The notes: generated by a model not told the origin, from the letters alone. 64,000 nucleotides of DNA from Octopus sinensis (GCF_006345805.1 NC_043020.1:7192001-7256000), one strand, 5' to 3'. Positions 12,806 through 26,279 are shown, counted from the first letter of the stretch. A program made the numbers and translations.

Positions 12806-13599
12806 AGTTCAAATACTGGCATGGCCAACTTTGCTTTTCGTCCTCTAAGAATCAGGGCCAGTTCTGCACTGGAGTTGATTTCTCTCTTTCCTTCTGTGTA
12901 TCATTCTCTTTCCTTCTGTGAAAGAATTTGGCTGTGGTCAGACCTGGAGAAAGAGGGTTTCGGTTAAGTCTGAAAATGCCTAAGACATGTCTTATGTCAA
13001 GGCAGTAACCACATGACTTCATTAGAGCTCAGGTGGCTGAGTACTCCACAGACCCATGTGCCCTTAATGTGACAAGGCTGGCCCTTTTGAATCATAGGTA
13101 CTACTCATTTTTGCCTGCTGAGTGTACTGGAGCAACGTGAAAATAAAGTGTCTTGCTCAAGGACACAATGCACTGCAAGGAATTGAACTCATGGCCATAC
13201 AATCATGAGCGGAATGCCCTAACCACTAAGCCACATGCTTTCCTTAAATGTGTGTGTGTGTTTTCAAAGGATCAAGACCCCTTCAGTCATGACCATGGGA
13301 TTGCACCTAGAAAGTTCCCCTGTGAGGTACAAGTGCAGGTAAGGTTGTTTACGGGAGACCAGCAGTTGTCCATGCATACCAGCCACCCCCTCTCCATGCC
13401 ACTGAGGTTATCCACGGGAAAGGCAAAGGGGCCAATACAGCTTGGCATCAGTGACATTGCAACTCATTTCTACAGATGAGGGAAATGGAGCAACATGGAA
13501 TAAAGTGTCTTGCTCAAGAACACAACACACAGCCCAGTCCAGGAATCGAACTCACTACCACATGGCTGCAAGCCCGATGCTCTAACCACTCACCACAGG

Positions 13600-13850
13600 G
13601 CATAGAGGTAAAGTAACCTTCTTGAGTCATACTGACTTATAAGGGCCAGTTTCCCGGTTTTGTGGCATATATATTCCCCACCTGGATGGGATGCTGGTCC
13701 ATCGAAGGATTACTCGTTTTTGCCACCTGGGTGGACTGGAACAATGTGAAATGAAGTGTTTTGCTCAAGAACACAAGACATTGCCTGGTCCAGGAATTGA
13801 AACCACAATCTTACAGTCATGAGTCCAACACCCTAACCACTAAGCCATGC
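13600..13850 (-). mobile_element. tRNA-headed SINE (family E), right arm of an inverted pair
   Basis: Near-identical reverse complement of 12550-12805. Confidence 0.75.
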
Positions 13851-13882
13851 ACCTTCACATATATATATATATATATATATAG

Positions 13883-14111
13883 GGCGGCGAGCTGGCAGAA
13901 TCGTTAGCGCACCGGCCGAAATGCGTAGCCGTATTTCGTCTGCCGTTACATTCTGAGTTCAAATTCCGCCAAGATCGACTTTGCCTTTCATCTTTTCGGG
14001 GTCGATAAATTAAGTACCAGTTATGCACTGGGGTCGATGCAATCGACTTAATCCGTTTGTCTGTCCTTGTTTGTCCCCTCTGTGTTTAGCACCTTGTGGG
14101 TAGTAAAGAAA
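13883..14111 (+). mobile_element. SINE family B monomer (tail type 1)
   Basis: Full head, core and tail, flanked by (TA)n. Confidence 0.88.
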
Positions 14112-14500
14112 TATATATATATATATATAGTAATGTGAACTGCAGGAAACCTAACTGATATTTTTAAACTTTATGTAAAATACACGAGTTCCAACAAGCC
14201 TTTTCCGCAAGCCAATTGGTGCAGAACCTTTGGCATGTTTCCTCGTTATTAGCAGCAAATGTGCTGTGTCTTCTAGCATACTCTTAAATCACCCCCACAC
14301 ATATATATATATATACACACACACAAACATACAATTATACATTCATTGTATAACTCTTACTTTATAACTTTTTTCCCTTCTTTGACGGTCAGCACAAAAA
14401 AATTATGAACATCCCTTGCACTTTTATATTTGATTTCATCTTTTATTATTGATTTTATATTTATATATAATATAATATAATGTACGTGTATGTATGTATC

Positions 14501-14532
<32 letters not shown>

Positions 14533-14617
14533 CTTTATTTAAATAAAGCATATTACTCTACCTCTGGTATTTGAGTACTCTTTTTTCCACCTTGTTTCAC
14601 ATTTATGTGCTTACTCC

Positions 14618-14620
<3 letters not shown>
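14533..14620 (+). mobile_element. Penelope-like terminal fragment with 8-bp inverted head, in (TA)n
   Basis: CTTTATTT|AAATAAAG palindrome, then a tail nearly identical to 36003-36082. Confidence 0.6.
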
Positions 14621-14673
<53 letters not shown>

Positions 14674-14730
14674 TATAGATATATATAGATATATAGATAT
14701 ATATATATAGATATATAGATATATATATAT

Positions 14731-14765
<35 letters not shown>

Positions 14766-15094
14766 GATATACATATAGATAGATTGATAGATAGATACAT
14801 ATATACATGCATACACACGCATGCACACATTGCTGATTCTGTTTCATGCTTCTGTCTTAAATTTCTTACAACGCTTAAGTTTGATATAAGAGAGACACTC
14901 CAGGCAGTCTGCAGTATTTGGGAGAGAACCCAGATGGTGTGGGATATTACCAACAGATGATACGCTAGAAGGTGGTAAAATAAGACGTTTGTGAAATATC
15001 ACAATATCGACTCAGGTGTGGTATAACCAAGGCAGCATGAAATCAGAAGATTTGCTATGACAGATAATAAACACTATACTATCATGTGATAGTA

Positions 15095-15640
15095 TGATGT
15101 CAGATCAAAAAGTATCAGGAATGGTGCTATCATCGTCAACATCGTTTAGTGTCCGCTTTCCATGCTGGCATGGGTTGGACGGTTCAACTGGGGTCTGGGA
15201 AGCCAGAAGGCTGCACCAGGCCCAGTCTGATCTGGCAATGTTTCTACAGCTGGATGCCCTTCCGAACGCCAACCACTCCATGAGTGTAGTGGGTGCTTTT
15301 TACATGCCACTGGCACAAGTGCCAGACGAGGCGGACAAACGGCCACGATCGGATGGTGCTTTTTACATGCCACCGGCACAAAAGGAAAAATACCACAACA
15401 CATACCAATTCAGCATTAAATGCTCTTTATGGTATTCCCTGCCTGAAGTTACAGATTTTATCCAGCAACCATTGATGGAAGCATTCCTGGAAGTCCTTTT
15501 TGGGGACAGTGAGCAGTTGACTTGCCACGTTCCCTTGGATTTCCTCAACGTCATGAAATCTTGTTCCCTTCAAGCCTTGGTTTCCAGATCATAGCCATAG
15601 ATCCATGATTCGTCACCTGTTATACTCTTTTATATAAAAA
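15095..15640 (-). mobile_element. Internally deleted mariner (DD34D) remnant, interrupted by a family C repeat
   Basis: Minus strand gives TGDESWIYGYDLETK and LKGTRFHDVEEIQGN..VPKKDFQECFHQW. A TIR-like GTCAGATCAAAAAGTATCAGGAAT lies at ~15098-15122. Confidence 0.75.
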
Positions 15641-15828
15641 AATACTCGGTCCACTCTGTAAAGTGGTGGTTGGTGTTAGGAAGGGTATCCAGCCATAGAA
15701 CCTCATGCTAAAACAGACAGTGAAGCTTGGTGCAGCCCTCTGGCTTGCCAGCTCCTGTCAAACCATCTCATCCATGCCAGCATGGAAGGAGGACGTTCAA
15801 TGATGAGAATGTTGATGATATACTCTCT

Positions 15829-16193
15829 CTCTTTTACTTGTTTCAGTCATGTGACTGTGGCCATGCTGGAGCAAATCGACCCCAGGACTTATTCTTTGTA
15901 AGCCTAGTACTTATTCTATCGGCCTCTTTCCCAAACCGCTAAGTTACGGGAACGTAAACACACCAGCATCGGTTGTCAAGCAATGCTCGGGGGACAAACA
16001 CAGACACACACACATACATACATATATACGACAGGCTTCTTTCAGTTTCCGTCTACCAAATCCAACTCACAAGGCTCTGGTCGGCCCGAGGCTATAGCAG
16101 AAGACACTTGCCCAAGGTGCCACACAGAGGGACTGAACCCGGAACCATGTGGTTTGTAAGCAAGCTACTTACCACACAGCCACTCCTACACCT
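15829..16193 (-). mobile_element. SINE family A
   Basis: Full-length copy. Confidence 0.88.
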
Positions 16194-16357
16194 ATATAAC
16201 AGTTTCCAAAAAATTTCCATCTTCCTCGACACAATCAAGGAGATCCTGCTGGGCAGCGGAAACCCGACCTTCCTTTTGTGACCACCACACTCTACACACT
16301 TTACCGCCAAACTCTGCTACAAACAACAGAAGTCTGCAAAAACATTATAACTTATTG

Positions 16358-16670
16358 TGCATGCACAACAGAGTCCAAGGTAAACCTATCCCAAGTGGTT
16401 TCACTCGGCGTACTTTAGTTCCGTTACCATAGCAACAGTCCCAATATTTTTTTTTATCAAACTTCATATAAAATACAAGGGTACTACTGGATATGATATG
16501 TTAGTGGGGCACTATAGGGTAAGAGAAGAGGGGGTTTATGGTATGAGGAAAACCCTCTAAGGGTTTGCTGTAACTAACTGGCCATGTAATATGTCCCATA
16601 AAAAAGCAAAATCCATTATAGACATGTGACAGAATATTAACGATCTACTAATTTTGTGTAATATGACACC
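16358..16670 (+). repeat. ~315-bp unique block duplicated at 19299-19614
   Basis: Direct repeat at an offset of ~2.94 kb with only scattered substitutions and small indels. Confidence 0.92.
16423..16436. promoter_or_regulatory. RFX X-box motif
   Basis: GTTACCATAGCAAC, a full match to the GTNRCC(N0-3)RGYAAC X-box consensus. Confidence 0.5.
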
Positions 16671-16790
16671 TCTTAAATGTTAAGTGTAGCAGTAATTAGT
16701 TCATAATAAATGCAATAGGGGGCAAGAGCAGTTATTGCGTGTGTATGTGTATATACGCACACATGTATGTATGTGTATGTATGTACATAT

Positions 16791-18079
16791 ATCTCCCTTT
16801 TTAGTAGAAAAAATAGCTATAACTCTTTGACTGCTATTTCTAAATTCGGTATGTGGTAAGGCAATTCGTTGCTAAACCCTTTATTGCTTAGTATTACTTA
16901 AATTCTCCTCGAATGAGGCTTTTACATGCCGAAGACTACTTGGTGTAATTGATAATTATTCCAAATTAATTAATTTCACCCTTCATTATTACGGATAACC
17001 ATATTTTATCTCAGTAGATGACCACAGCATCTTGTTTTGCTCCGCGGGTGGGAAGGGGCTGGTGACACACAATCTTTTCATTCACGCATTACGTTTGGTG
17101 ATACTAGTTGCGGATTCTAGCTCGCTCTGATACTGAGTTGAGTTGGTGCCTTCTAGTATCTCAAAATTCAATATATAATCATTTATGATTATATATTATT
17201 CTACGCTGAAGAGAAAAGAAGTTTTGGTAAGATAGAATTATTTAATATTTAAGTCTTATCCTTTCCTAAAAACTTGATTTCGAAACGTACGTCCGTAGAT
17301 AACTTAAAATTGTATGATAGATTGCCGTCAATTCATTCTCTCTTACCTGTTGTGTCTGCCTTCCAATTGCTGTTTTTACTGAGATCTCCCTTTTTAGTAG
17401 AAGAAATAGCTATAACTCTTTGACTGCTATTTCTAAATTCGGTATGTGGTAAGGCAATTCGTTGCTAACCCTTATATTGCTTAGTATTACTTAAATCTCC
17501 TCGAATGAGGCTTTTACATGCCGAAGACTACTTGGTGTAATTGATAATTATTCAAATTAATTATTTCACCCTTCATTATTACGGATAACCATATTTTATC
17601 TCAGTAGATGACCACAGCATCTTGTTTTGGCTACACGCGGGTGGGAAGGGGCTGGTGACACAATCTTTTCATTCACGCATTGAGTTTGGTGATACTAGTT
17701 GCGGATTCTAGCTCGCTCTGATACTGAGTTGAGTTGGTGCCTTCTAGTATCTCAAAATTCAATATATAATCATTTATGATTATAGTATTCTACGCTGAAG
17801 AGAAAAGAAGTTTTGGTAAGATAGAATTATTTAATATTTAATTCTTATCCTTTCCTAAAAACTTGATTTCGAAACGTACGTCCGTAGATAACTTAAAATT
17901 GTATGATAGATTGCCGTCAATTCATTCTCTCTTACCTGTTTGTGTCTGCCTTCCAATTGCTGTTTTTACTGAGATCTCCCTTTTTAGTAGAAGAAATAGC
18001 TATAACTCTTTGACTGCTATTTCTAAATTCGGTATGTGGTAGGCAATTCGTTGCTAAACCCTTTATTGCTAGTATTACT

Positions 18080-18080
<1 letters not shown>
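16791..18080. repeat. ~592-bp tandem duplication, 2.2 copies
   Basis: Unit starts (ATCTCCCTTTTTAGTAG) at 16791, 17384 and 17974. Confidence 0.95.
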
Positions 18081-18126
<46 letters not shown>

Positions 18127-18202
18127 CGTACACACACGTTATATTATATCCATAGGGTGTGATGGGTAAACCATGTGGCTGGAAGCAAAATTCTTGACTA
18201 TA

Positions 18203-18814
18203 CAGGGTGTGATGTGTAAAGTGTTGCTATTTTATAATTTTAATTTCGCACATGCATATTGTTTGTTCTTGATTTTGTTGGCTACACAGTATAGTAGGGT
18301 CAGTCGGGCACCATCTGTGAGAAGAACAGCACCATGATGCAATTTGCTCTGCTAGAAATTTGGACACAGCATGCTGTACTGCTTGGCATTTGCACCAGAA
18401 GCTCCAATATGATCATTTCAGAGTGTTTGGGTGTCAATCTGAGGACAGTGCAATCTGAGGACATGTACTGAGAGTGACAAAAATCAAACATCCAGTCAAC
18501 ATCATGGTGTTTGGAGGGATCACTACTGATGGTGATGTTATGTCTCCATTCATCTTCCCACACGGCCTCAGACTCAGCATCCCACACGGCCTCAGACTCA
18601 GCATCCCACACGGCCTCAGACTCAGCATAGAAGTCTACATCAAGTGCTTGGAAGAGGTAGTGCTGCCCTGGGTGAAGAGGTTAGCTGGTAGAAGACCCTA
18701 TGTCTGTTAACAGGACTCTACACCATGCCACACAAGCAGGTGAACCCAACATGGCTGTCTGACAATTTCTGCGACCACAGCACCCTTAACATCTGGCCAC
18801 CTAACTCTCCAGAC
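18203..18814 (+). mobile_element. Internally deleted Tc1/mariner transposase remnant, maT/DD37D-like
   Basis: TA|CAGGGTGTGATG start. KHPVNIMVFGGITTDGDVMSPFIFPHGLRL..YIKCLEEVVLPWVKRLAGRRPYV, QDSTPCHTS and WPPNSPD motifs. Confidence 0.8.
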
Positions 18815-19363
18815 ATAGACACACTATGGGCTTCTTTCAGTTTCCGTCTACCAAATCCATTCGCAAGGCTTTGGTTGATCCAGAACTATAGTAGAAAACA
18901 CTTGCCCAAGGTGCCATGCAGTGGGATTGAACTTAGATCACTTGGTAGGGAAGCAAGCTTCTTAACAACACAACCATATCTGTATGTATAAGTATATATA
19001 TGTGTGTGTATAAAATATACATACACACACACACACACACATATATATACACATCCATATGCTTACATTTATATAAATGGGTGTGTGGTGGGTGTAAATA
19101 TATATGTATGTGTTTTTGTCTCCCTGTGTTGATATTGTCTGATAGTTGTAAACGAATGTCACTGTCATACAAGCAGTGTTGTTCATTTCCAATATTTTGA
19201 GAATATGTCTGGCCATGGGGGAAATATTAGCTTGCTTGGAAACAGGTGAGTGTTGGTGACAGGGAAAGCATCTGCCGTAGAAAATCTGCCACAAAATCTG
19301 CATGCACAACAGAGTCCAAGGTAAACCTATCCCAAGTGGTTTCACTCAGCGTACTTTAGTTCT

Positions 19364-19377
19364 GTTACCATAGCAAC
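19364..19377. promoter_or_regulatory. RFX X-box motif (duplicated copy)
   Basis: GTTACCATAGCAAC inside a 316-bp block duplicated from 16358-16670. Confidence 0.4.
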
Positions 19378-19699
19378 AGTCCCAATATTTTTTTTTATCA
19401 AACCTCATATAAAATACAAGGGTACTACTGGATATGATGATATGTTAGTGGGGCACTATAGGGTAAGAGGAGAGGGGATTCATGGTATGAGAAAAACCCT
19501 CTAAGGGTTTGCTGTAACTAACTGTCCATGAAATAAGTCCCATAAAAAAGCAAAATCCATTATAGTCATGTGACAGAATATTAACGATCTACTAATTTTG
19601 TGTAATATGACACCATGCAAGCATGGAAAAAGTGGACTTTATGATGATGCTGTTGATAATGGTGATGATGATGATGTTGGTGATGGTTCATCAGCAATT

Positions 19700-19985
19700 A
19701 CCACTGAGGTGCTTAGAATATCTGGTAGAATAAAGCGCAGGCTGGACACCCACATAGCCAAACAGGTAGTCTGAGATGGTACCATAAGTGGCTGGCAGAG
19801 TGGCACCATCATCATCATCACCAACTGCTACAAGGGCAAAGGAGATTTAGATTATCAAGAGAAACCTAGAGAGATATCAAACAGCTGAACCAGGTCATGA
19901 AAAATTATGGAAAGAGTTATGATTGAATTGATTAGAAAGATGATTAATTGGCCGAGATGAGATGTCATTCTTGCCAGAAAGAATT
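19700..19985 (+). mobile_element. Decayed RTE-clade RT fragment
   Basis: WQSGTII..CYKGKGD..KIMERV..LIRKMI motif remnants with frameshifts. Confidence 0.55.
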
Positions 19986-20538
19986 ACCATATTTTAACAT
20001 GTATAAGGAACCAAGGAACCCCGAATTTTGGGGGCTTAAAATTTAGAAAAAAAGGTTTTTTTAAGGGATTATAATCCATGTATAAGAAACTCCCATGTTT
20101 TATTTTACCTAATTTTTCACAAAAAAAGGGTTCCTTGTACATGTTAAAATACAGTACTTTCAATGCCATTTCTCCTGTGAGACAACTACAGAAGAAGTAA
20201 AACACTCAGAGTAGGCCTCCATATCCAGCATTTGAAAGGGTCTTAGGAAGGGTCATCACTCTATTACAGTGCCACTACACTCATGGAGTGGTTGGCGTTA
20301 GGAAGGGCATCCAGCTGTAGAAACACTGTCAGATCAGACTGGGCCTGGTGCAGCCTCCTGGCTTTCCAGACCCCGGCTGAACCGTCCAACCCATGCTAGC
20401 ATGGAAAGCGGACGTTAAACGATGATGATGATGATGTATATGGAAAACAATTATATTCAGGTTAAACCGTGGCACACCTAGCATTGTCTCGTGGCACACT
20501 AGTGTGCTGCAGAATATCAGTTGTGGAGCACTGCTCTA

Positions 20539-20586
<48 letters not shown>

Positions 20587-21222
20587 GATATATGGGCATA
20601 GAAAATTTGCCTAAGTATACTTTAACTACAAGTGTAGCTAGAGTGAATGCCACCTGGGGCAGCCTTTCTGTTTTCCGCCTCTAGACCTAAAAAAGAAAAA
20701 AAACATTGCCTGCAGCAGACCCAAAAGTGTCACCCGAGGCAGACCGCCCCTACTGCCCCACCCTAGCTACACTAGTGCATCTGACCCATGCAAACATGGA
20801 AGAAGGTGATGATGATGATGAGGTTGCTAAAGTTTAGCAATCAGAAAGGAAGTGATGCATTCAAAATAACATGGTCTTATAATGTAACAGTAAAGACCCC
20901 CTTCGGTCATGAATGACCATGGGCTTGCACCTCGAAAGTTCCCCTCCAAGGCACAAGTCTGGGCAAGATTATTTTTATGGAAGACCAATAATCACCCATG
21001 CATACCAGCCTCCCTTCTTGATGCCACTGATGTTGTCCAAGGGAAAGGCAAAGGGGCCGATACAGCTGGGCACCAATGATGCCACAATTCATTTCTACAG
21101 CTGAGGGAAATGGAGCAATGTGGAATAAAGTGTCTTGCTCAAGAATACAACACACAGCCCAGTTCGGGAATCGAACTCTCTACCCCATGATTGTGCACTA
21201 TCATATTGTGTGTGTGTATAGT

Positions 21223-21608
21223 GGAGGCGCAATGGCCAAGTGGTTAGGGCAGCAGACTCACGGCCATAGGATCACAATTTCAATTCCCAGACCAGGCATT
21301 GTGAGTGTTTATTGAGCAGAAACACCTAAATCTCCACGAGGCTCCGGCAGGGTGGGGGTGGCAAACCCTGTTGTACTCTTCCACTGCAAATTTCTCTCAC
21401 TCTTTCTTCCTGTTTCTGTTGTACCTGTATTTCAAAGGGCCAGCCTTGTCACACTTTGTGTCACGCTGAATCTCCCCAAGAACTACGTTCAGGGATACAC
21501 GTGTCTGTGGAGTGCTCAGCCACTTGCACATTAATTTCACAAGCAGGCTGTTCCGTTGATTGGATCAACTGGAACCCTCATTGCCGTAACCAATGGAATT
21601 CCACAACA
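21223..21608 (+). mobile_element. tRNA-headed SINE (family D)
   Basis: Head GGAGGCGCAATGGCCAAGTGGTTAGGGCAG..TTTCAATTCCCAGACC. Related minus copy at 61522-61806. Confidence 0.75.
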
Positions 21609-22134
21609 ATATATATATCTGTGTGTGTCTCTCTCACTCTATATATATAAACACACACACACACACACAGTCCACTGAAGGCTAGTAGGCCAAAACTTCA
21701 AGGTCACGGTCACCCCGCTTCTTGTATAAGTTTAATAAACATACATTTTGCAAAAATGTATTGAATAATTCTTCAGTTTAATGTTAAATTGGTTTTTGAT
21801 ATATTGCTTGACATAAGGCAGTGAGCTGGCAGAATCGTTAGCAGACCAGGAGAAATGCTTAGCAACATTTCAACTGCTGCTACGTTCTGAGTTGAAATTC
21901 CGCGTAGGTTGACTTTGCCTTTCAGCCTTTTGGGGTCAATAAAACAAGTACCAGCGAAACACTGGGGCCAATGTAATCAACTAGTACCCTCCCCCAAAAA
22001 TTCAGGCCTTGTGCCTTTAACAGAAAGGATATATTACTTGACATAAAAACAATTAACACACACACACATACACATATGCATATATATATATCTGCTTGTG
22101 GATGTAGGTATGTCTACATACAGATATTGTATGA

Positions 22135-22166
<32 letters not shown>

Positions 22167-22177
22167 GTGTATACATG

Positions 22178-22219
<42 letters not shown>

Positions 22220-22996
22220 CTGCATGGCACTTTGGGGAAGTGTCTTCCACTATAGCCCCGAGTCGACCGAAGCTTTGTGATTGAATTCGGTAGGTGGAAG
22301 TTACTGCCGTGTGTGTATGTGTGCGTATAGCTGCTCAGTGCCTCTCCGAAAGAGAGAGAGAGGGGTATATACATATGTATACTAAGCTGCTCAAGGTGAC
22401 AGAATCCACTATAGGGTGAGCAATGTATGAAGGCACCAGATGAAAGCCTTACATGACAAGAAAGGGCATTTTATGTCCCCAACAAGACATGACAACCATG
22501 TGATCATGCGACCCATAATATCACGGGGTTGTGGTCTGCTAGCTTTTGATTTGAACCCTCTCGTGATACCCAAGGTATCATTGTGGCAAGGGTCAAACAA
22601 CCATCAACTTTAGCCAAGAATACCTTGAGGGCTACCATCGTAACCATGGTGTGCAGCATAGGAGGGGCTTTATTGATCCTGGCATGAAGTTACTTCCGTG
22701 GTCGCACTGGGGCCAACATAGGGGCTGAGAGTGGTTTCATTCAATGGCTTGTTTCTTCCATGCGTTGGTTTAGGTTCACTGTCTGTGTCTTTTATCTGGG
22801 AGTGGGTTGGGCTTTCTTTTGTTGTTTTTATATTTTCTTGTGTATGGTTTTCTACTTGGTTGTCTGGCACACCCACTAAACACACATAAACACAAACATA
22901 TAAACATATAATATGCATGCATATAAAAACAAACAATATATATATATGCATATATATATTTAACATGTGTACTATATATATATATTTAACATGTGT

Positions 22997-23044
<48 letters not shown>

Positions 23045-23151
23045 GTATCATATATACATGTATGTGAGTATATATATAATATACACACACATGCATACAT
23101 TAATAACCAAGTAAATATAAATACTTCACGTTATATTTTGGAGACTTCCGC

Positions 23152-23183
<32 letters not shown>

Positions 23184-23474
23184 AGCAGGAGACACACTCA
23201 AAATACACATGTACAAACTTAATTCCTAAAACAGACTGAACACACACCCAAAAGCACATTTCATCAAGAAGCCACGTCGGTAGCACAAAGGCCTAGAATT
23301 TCAGGACATGACAAGTGTTCTGTCACAAAACTCCAGACCCCGAGTCACTGAGGTAGCTTCGCAACAATTAAATATGATAGTAAAATAGTAAATGCATTTT
23401 CTATATTGGTTTCTATTCCTCCTGCCTGTACGAACTGTATTATACACAAATACATGCATACATGTATGTATATA

Positions 23475-23885
23475 CTCTTTTACTTGTTTCAGTCATTTGA
23501 CTGCGGCCATGCTGGAGCACTGCCTTTGGTCGAGCAAATCGACCCCGGGACTTATTCTTTGTAAGCCCAGTACTTATTCTATCGGTCTCTTTTGCTGAAC
23601 CGCTAAATGACGGGGACGTAAACACACCAGCACCGGTTGTCAAGCAATGTTAGTGGGGACAAACACAGACACAAAAAACATATACACACACATACATACA
23701 TATATATATATATTATATATATATATATACGACAGGCTTCTTTCAGTTTCCGTCTACCAAATCCACTCACAAGGTTTTGGTTGGCCCGAGGCTATAGCAG
23801 ACACTTGCCCAAGATGCCACGCAGTGGGACTGAACCCGGAACCATGTGGTTGGTTAGCAAGCTACTTACCACACAGCCACTCCTG
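23475..23885 (-). mobile_element. SINE family A
   Basis: Full-length copy. Confidence 0.88.
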
Positions 23886-24606
23886 TATATTAATGTATTT
23901 ATAGGTGCAGGCATGGTTGTATGGTAAGACGCCTACTTCCCAACCACATGGTTCCGGGTTCAGTTCTACTGCGTAGCATCTTGGCCAAGTGTCTTCTACT
24001 ATAGCCTTGGGCCGACCAAAGCCTTGTGAGTGGATTTGGTAGATAGAGACTGAAAGAAGCCTGTCGTATCATCATCATTGTTTAACATCCACTTTCCATG
24101 CTGGCATGGGTTAGACGGTTTATGTGTGCGTGTTTGTGTTTGTCCCCTGATGACCACTTGACAACCAGTGTTGGTGTGTTTACATCCCCGTAACCCAGTG
24201 GTTCAGTAAAAAAGACCAATAAAATAAGTACTAGGTTTAAAAAGAATAAATAAATCCTGGGGACGATTTGTTCAACAATAACCGTTCAGGGCAGTGCTCC
24301 AGCATGGCCACAGTCATATGACTGGAACAAGGAACAGAATAAAGGATCAGATCTATGTAAACCCAGACGCATCAATGCCTTGTGAATAAATTTGGAAGAT
24401 GGAAGCCAGTCATGTGTGCATGTGTCTTTGTGCAGGCTCCTCTCCACTTGACAACCAGTGTTGGTTTGTTTACATCCTCTTCACTCAGCAGTTCAGTAAA
24501 AGAGAAACCAACAGAATAAGCACCAGACTTTAATGATATAAGTACTGGGGGCAGTGCACCAGCATGGTCTTGTGTGTGTGTGTTTGTGTGTATATATGTG
24601 TGTGTA

Positions 24607-24638
<32 letters not shown>

Positions 24639-25273
24639 CACTCGTAAAAAGCACCAACCAATCGTGGCTGTTGACAGCTTCCTCTGGCCCCCGTGCCGGT
24701 GGCACGTAAAAAAACACCCACTACACTCACAGAGTGGTTGGCGTTAGGAAGGGCATCCAGCCGTAGAAACACTGCCAGATCAGACTGGAGCCTGGTGCAG
24801 CCTCCTGGCTTCCCAGACCCCAGTTGAACCGTCTTACCCATGCTAGCATGGAAAGCGGACGTTAAACGATGATGATGATATATATATAGGTAAAACAATG
24901 AAGGCAGCTATACGCAATAGAAAACCAGAAAGGAAGAATTTGGTTGTCACTAATTGTGACTGAGGGTGCAGGATTGCACCTTACATTGCTAGAAATAAGA
25001 GTTTAAAACCCTTAAAATCACAATATATTCATATACACCCACCCACACACATACTGGCTGAGCAGTAAGAAGTTTGATTCCCAACGACATGGTTCCAGGT
25101 TCGGTCCCACTGTGTGGCACCTTGGGCAAGTATCTTCAGTGATCTGCCATGTCTTCTACTATAGCCACGGGCCGACCAAAGCCTTGTGAGTGGATTTGGT
25201 AGACAGAAACTGAAAGAAGCCCATCGTGTTTGTGCATGTGTGTGTCCACACTACCGCTTGACAACCGGTATTA

Positions 25274-25490
25274 GGCGAGCTGGCAGAAACGTTAGCACGC
25301 CGGGCGAAATGCTTAGCGGTATTTCGTCTGCGTTACGTTGTGAGTTCAAATTCCGCCGAGGTCATCTTTGCCTTTCATCCTTTCGGGGTCGATAAATTAA
25401 GTACCAGTTACGCACTGGTATCGATGTAATCGACTTAATACCTATGTCTGTCCTTGTTTGTCCCCTTGTGGGTAATAAAGAAATAGGTAT
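25274..25490 (+). mobile_element. SINE family B monomer nested in a family A copy
   Basis: Family A sequence stops at ~25270 and resumes at ~25491. Confidence 0.75.
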
Positions 25491-25659
25491 TAGTGTGCTT
25501 TATGTCCCTGTAACTTAGCGGTTCGGTAAAATGAAACCGACAGAATAAACATTAGGCTTTACAAAAAATAATACGTGCTGGGACTGATTCATTCGACCTG
25601 AAATTCTTCAAGGCTGTGCCCCAACATGGCCGCAGTCTAATGACTGAAGCAAGCGTACA

Positions 25660-26202
25660 ATACATACATACATACATGCATACATACATACATACATACA
25701 TACATACATACATACATACACACATACATGCATACATACATGCATACATACATACATACATACATACATACATACATACGTACGTACGTACATACATACA
25801 TACATACGTACATACATACATACGTACATACATACATACGTACATACATACATACGTACATACATACGTACGTACATACATACGTACATACATACGTACG
25901 TACATACATACGTACGTACATACATACGTACATACATACATACACACACGTACGTACATACATACATACATACATACATACATACATACGTACATACATA
26001 CATACGTACATACATACGTACGTACATACATACGTACATACATACGTACGTACATACATACATACACACGTACGTACATACATACATACATACGTACGTA
26101 CATACATACATACATACGTACATACATACATACATACATACGTACGTACGTACGTACGTACGTACATACATACATACATACATACATACATACATACATA
26201 CA

Positions 26203-26238
<36 letters not shown>

Positions 26239-26240
26239 TA
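25660..26240. repeat. (TACA)n/(TACG)n microsatellite
   Basis: Direct reading. Confidence 0.97.
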
Positions 26241-26279
26241 TATAGCTCTCACCCTCTATCAATTCATCTATCTATCTAC

